A program made the translations under genes and the position numbers. From Bacteroidota bacterium (GTDB lineage Bacteria > Bacteroidota > Ignavibacteria > Kapaibacteriales > DASPKH01), in the NCBI GenBank assembly GCA_040386315.1, contig JAZKFS010000020.1:4620-68619 (forward strand): a stretch of 64,000 nucleotides of DNA. Direction: 5' to 3'. Positions 63,424 through 64,000 of the stretch are shown one piece after another. Each line of letters begins with the position of its first letter. Position 1 is the stretch's first letter. The notes under the pieces were generated by a model, which was given only the letters and a program-made list of their open reading frames with translations, made no database searches and had not been told where the DNA came from.

Positions 63424-64000
63424 TTATTTATCTGTAATAATAAATTCCGTGCGCCTGTTTTTCCGGCGATTTTCTTCCGTATCATTTTTTGCAACAGGGC
63501 TGTTTTCACCAAAACCTTTTGACTTCAGTCGCGACTTGGCAATTCCCATTTTTAAAAGCGCGTTCATCACCGATTCGGCGCGATCTTCGGAAAGTTTCAT
63601 ATTTGATTCTGCACTTCCCTCATTATCCGTATGTCCGCGAACTTCAATTTTCAACGAAGAATAATTTTTTAAGACATCTGCAATTTCCTGAATTCGTGGT
63701 TGCGATTGAGCTTTAATTTCCGCGCTTCCCGATTCAAATTCAATATTCACCAGCGCAATGCTTCCCGTTTCGTCAAACTTTGAAAAAACCGAGCGGTCGT
63801 ACTCGCCCGATGCTTTTAAAACGTCGCCCAGCTCGGGGATTTTTAAAATCACATTTGCCGTATGGAGCGCCTCGCATTGCGGCGGCGTATAGGTTATTTT
63901 ATAATAATTATTCAGCGAACGGTAAATATCAGCGAAAACGTACGGAAATTCCTTGTTGGAATAGATCCTGTAAAACCGCCCGCCGGAATATTGCGAAAGG
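63424..64000 (-). CDS. OmpA-family protein, C-terminal part only (gene runs off the right edge)
   Basis: The listed ORF begins at a GTG (63852), but I checked the same frame codon by codon and it stays open to 64000 (...YRIYSNKEFPYVFADIYRSLNNYYKITYTPPQCEALHTANVILKIPE...). OmpA_C motifs: FESGSAEI...GHTDNEGSAESNMKLSEDRAESV...NRRTEF. Confidence 0.75.
   Translation of the reverse strand, partial: LSQYSGGRFYRIYSNKEFPYVFADIYRSLNNYYKITYTPPQCEALHTANVILKIPELGDVLKASGEYDRSVFSKFDETGSIALVNIEFESGSAEIKAQSQPRIQEIADVLKNYSSLKIEVRGHTDNEGSAESNMKLSEDRAESVMNALLKMGIAKSRLKSKGFGENSPVAKNDTEENRRKNRRTEFIITDK

Noticed and set aside
1-64000. The possibility that the recurring TTTTAAAA copies represent a CRISPR array or tandem repeat.
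   Set aside because: The repeat unit is only 8 bp, spacing is irregular (11 bp to more than 2 kb), copies lie inside ORFs in frame, and no cas genes are present.
1-64000. Plain AT-richness or A/T-tract bias as the explanation for TTTTAAAA.
   Set aside because: The window is not AT-rich overall. The same-composition palindrome AAAATTTT is roughly 20-fold rarer by my count.

Overview
This is a 64-kb bacterial chromosomal window that is about 93% coding. It holds roughly 45 protein genes (both edge genes truncated) and one tRNA. Many encoded proteins carry a signal peptide and a C-terminal Por/T9SS sorting domain, so I infer the host is a T9SS-bearing member of the FCB group (Bacteroidota/Ignavibacteriota-like); this taxonomic call is not proven.

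Gene content, left to right:
- a truncated secreted protein;
- a glycan/LPS-type operon: SAM methyltransferase, GT4, Cys-rich GT9, an outer-membrane barrel, and a GT2 polyprenyl-phosphate glycosyltransferase;
- an 803-aa Fe-S/flavin oxidoreductase;
- a co-directional five-gene T9SS-cargo operon (9.6-23.8 kb) that includes a 2310-aa Pmp-like beta-helix adhesin;
- a TPR membrane protein and tRNA-Arg(CCG);
- branched-chain amino-acid genes (fused E1 alpha/beta, ilvE) and gatB;
- a 7TMR-DISM histidine kinase with a C-terminal TPR array;
- a split IcmF-type acyl-CoA mutase (two genes about 5.5 kb apart), a 4-hydroxybutyrate-type CoA-transferase and a Crp regulator;
- a PAS kinase and small redox/stress genes (VOC, DUF899-like, lipocalin, RidA, YtxJ);
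- AsmA-like and OmpA/PD40 envelope proteins, a large Zn-metalloprotease and a DUF2961/GH172-like T9SS protein;
- prfC, an FkbM methyltransferase and an OmpA/T9SS/OMP trio.

I found no CRISPR array, IS element, integrase or prophage.

The dominant unexplained signal is not a gene. The palindromic octamer TTTTAAAA occurs about 215 times by my manual scan, against a chance expectation of about 1-3. The composition-matched AAAATTTT occurs only about 10 times. TTTTAAAA piles up at gene boundaries at about 1 per 50 bp of intergenic DNA. Inside genes it sits only in the two frames that avoid TAA. It is completely absent from about 14.5 kb that corresponds to the large T9SS-cargo genes. I interpret it as a HIP1/uptake-sequence-like hyper-iterated palindrome of unknown mechanism.
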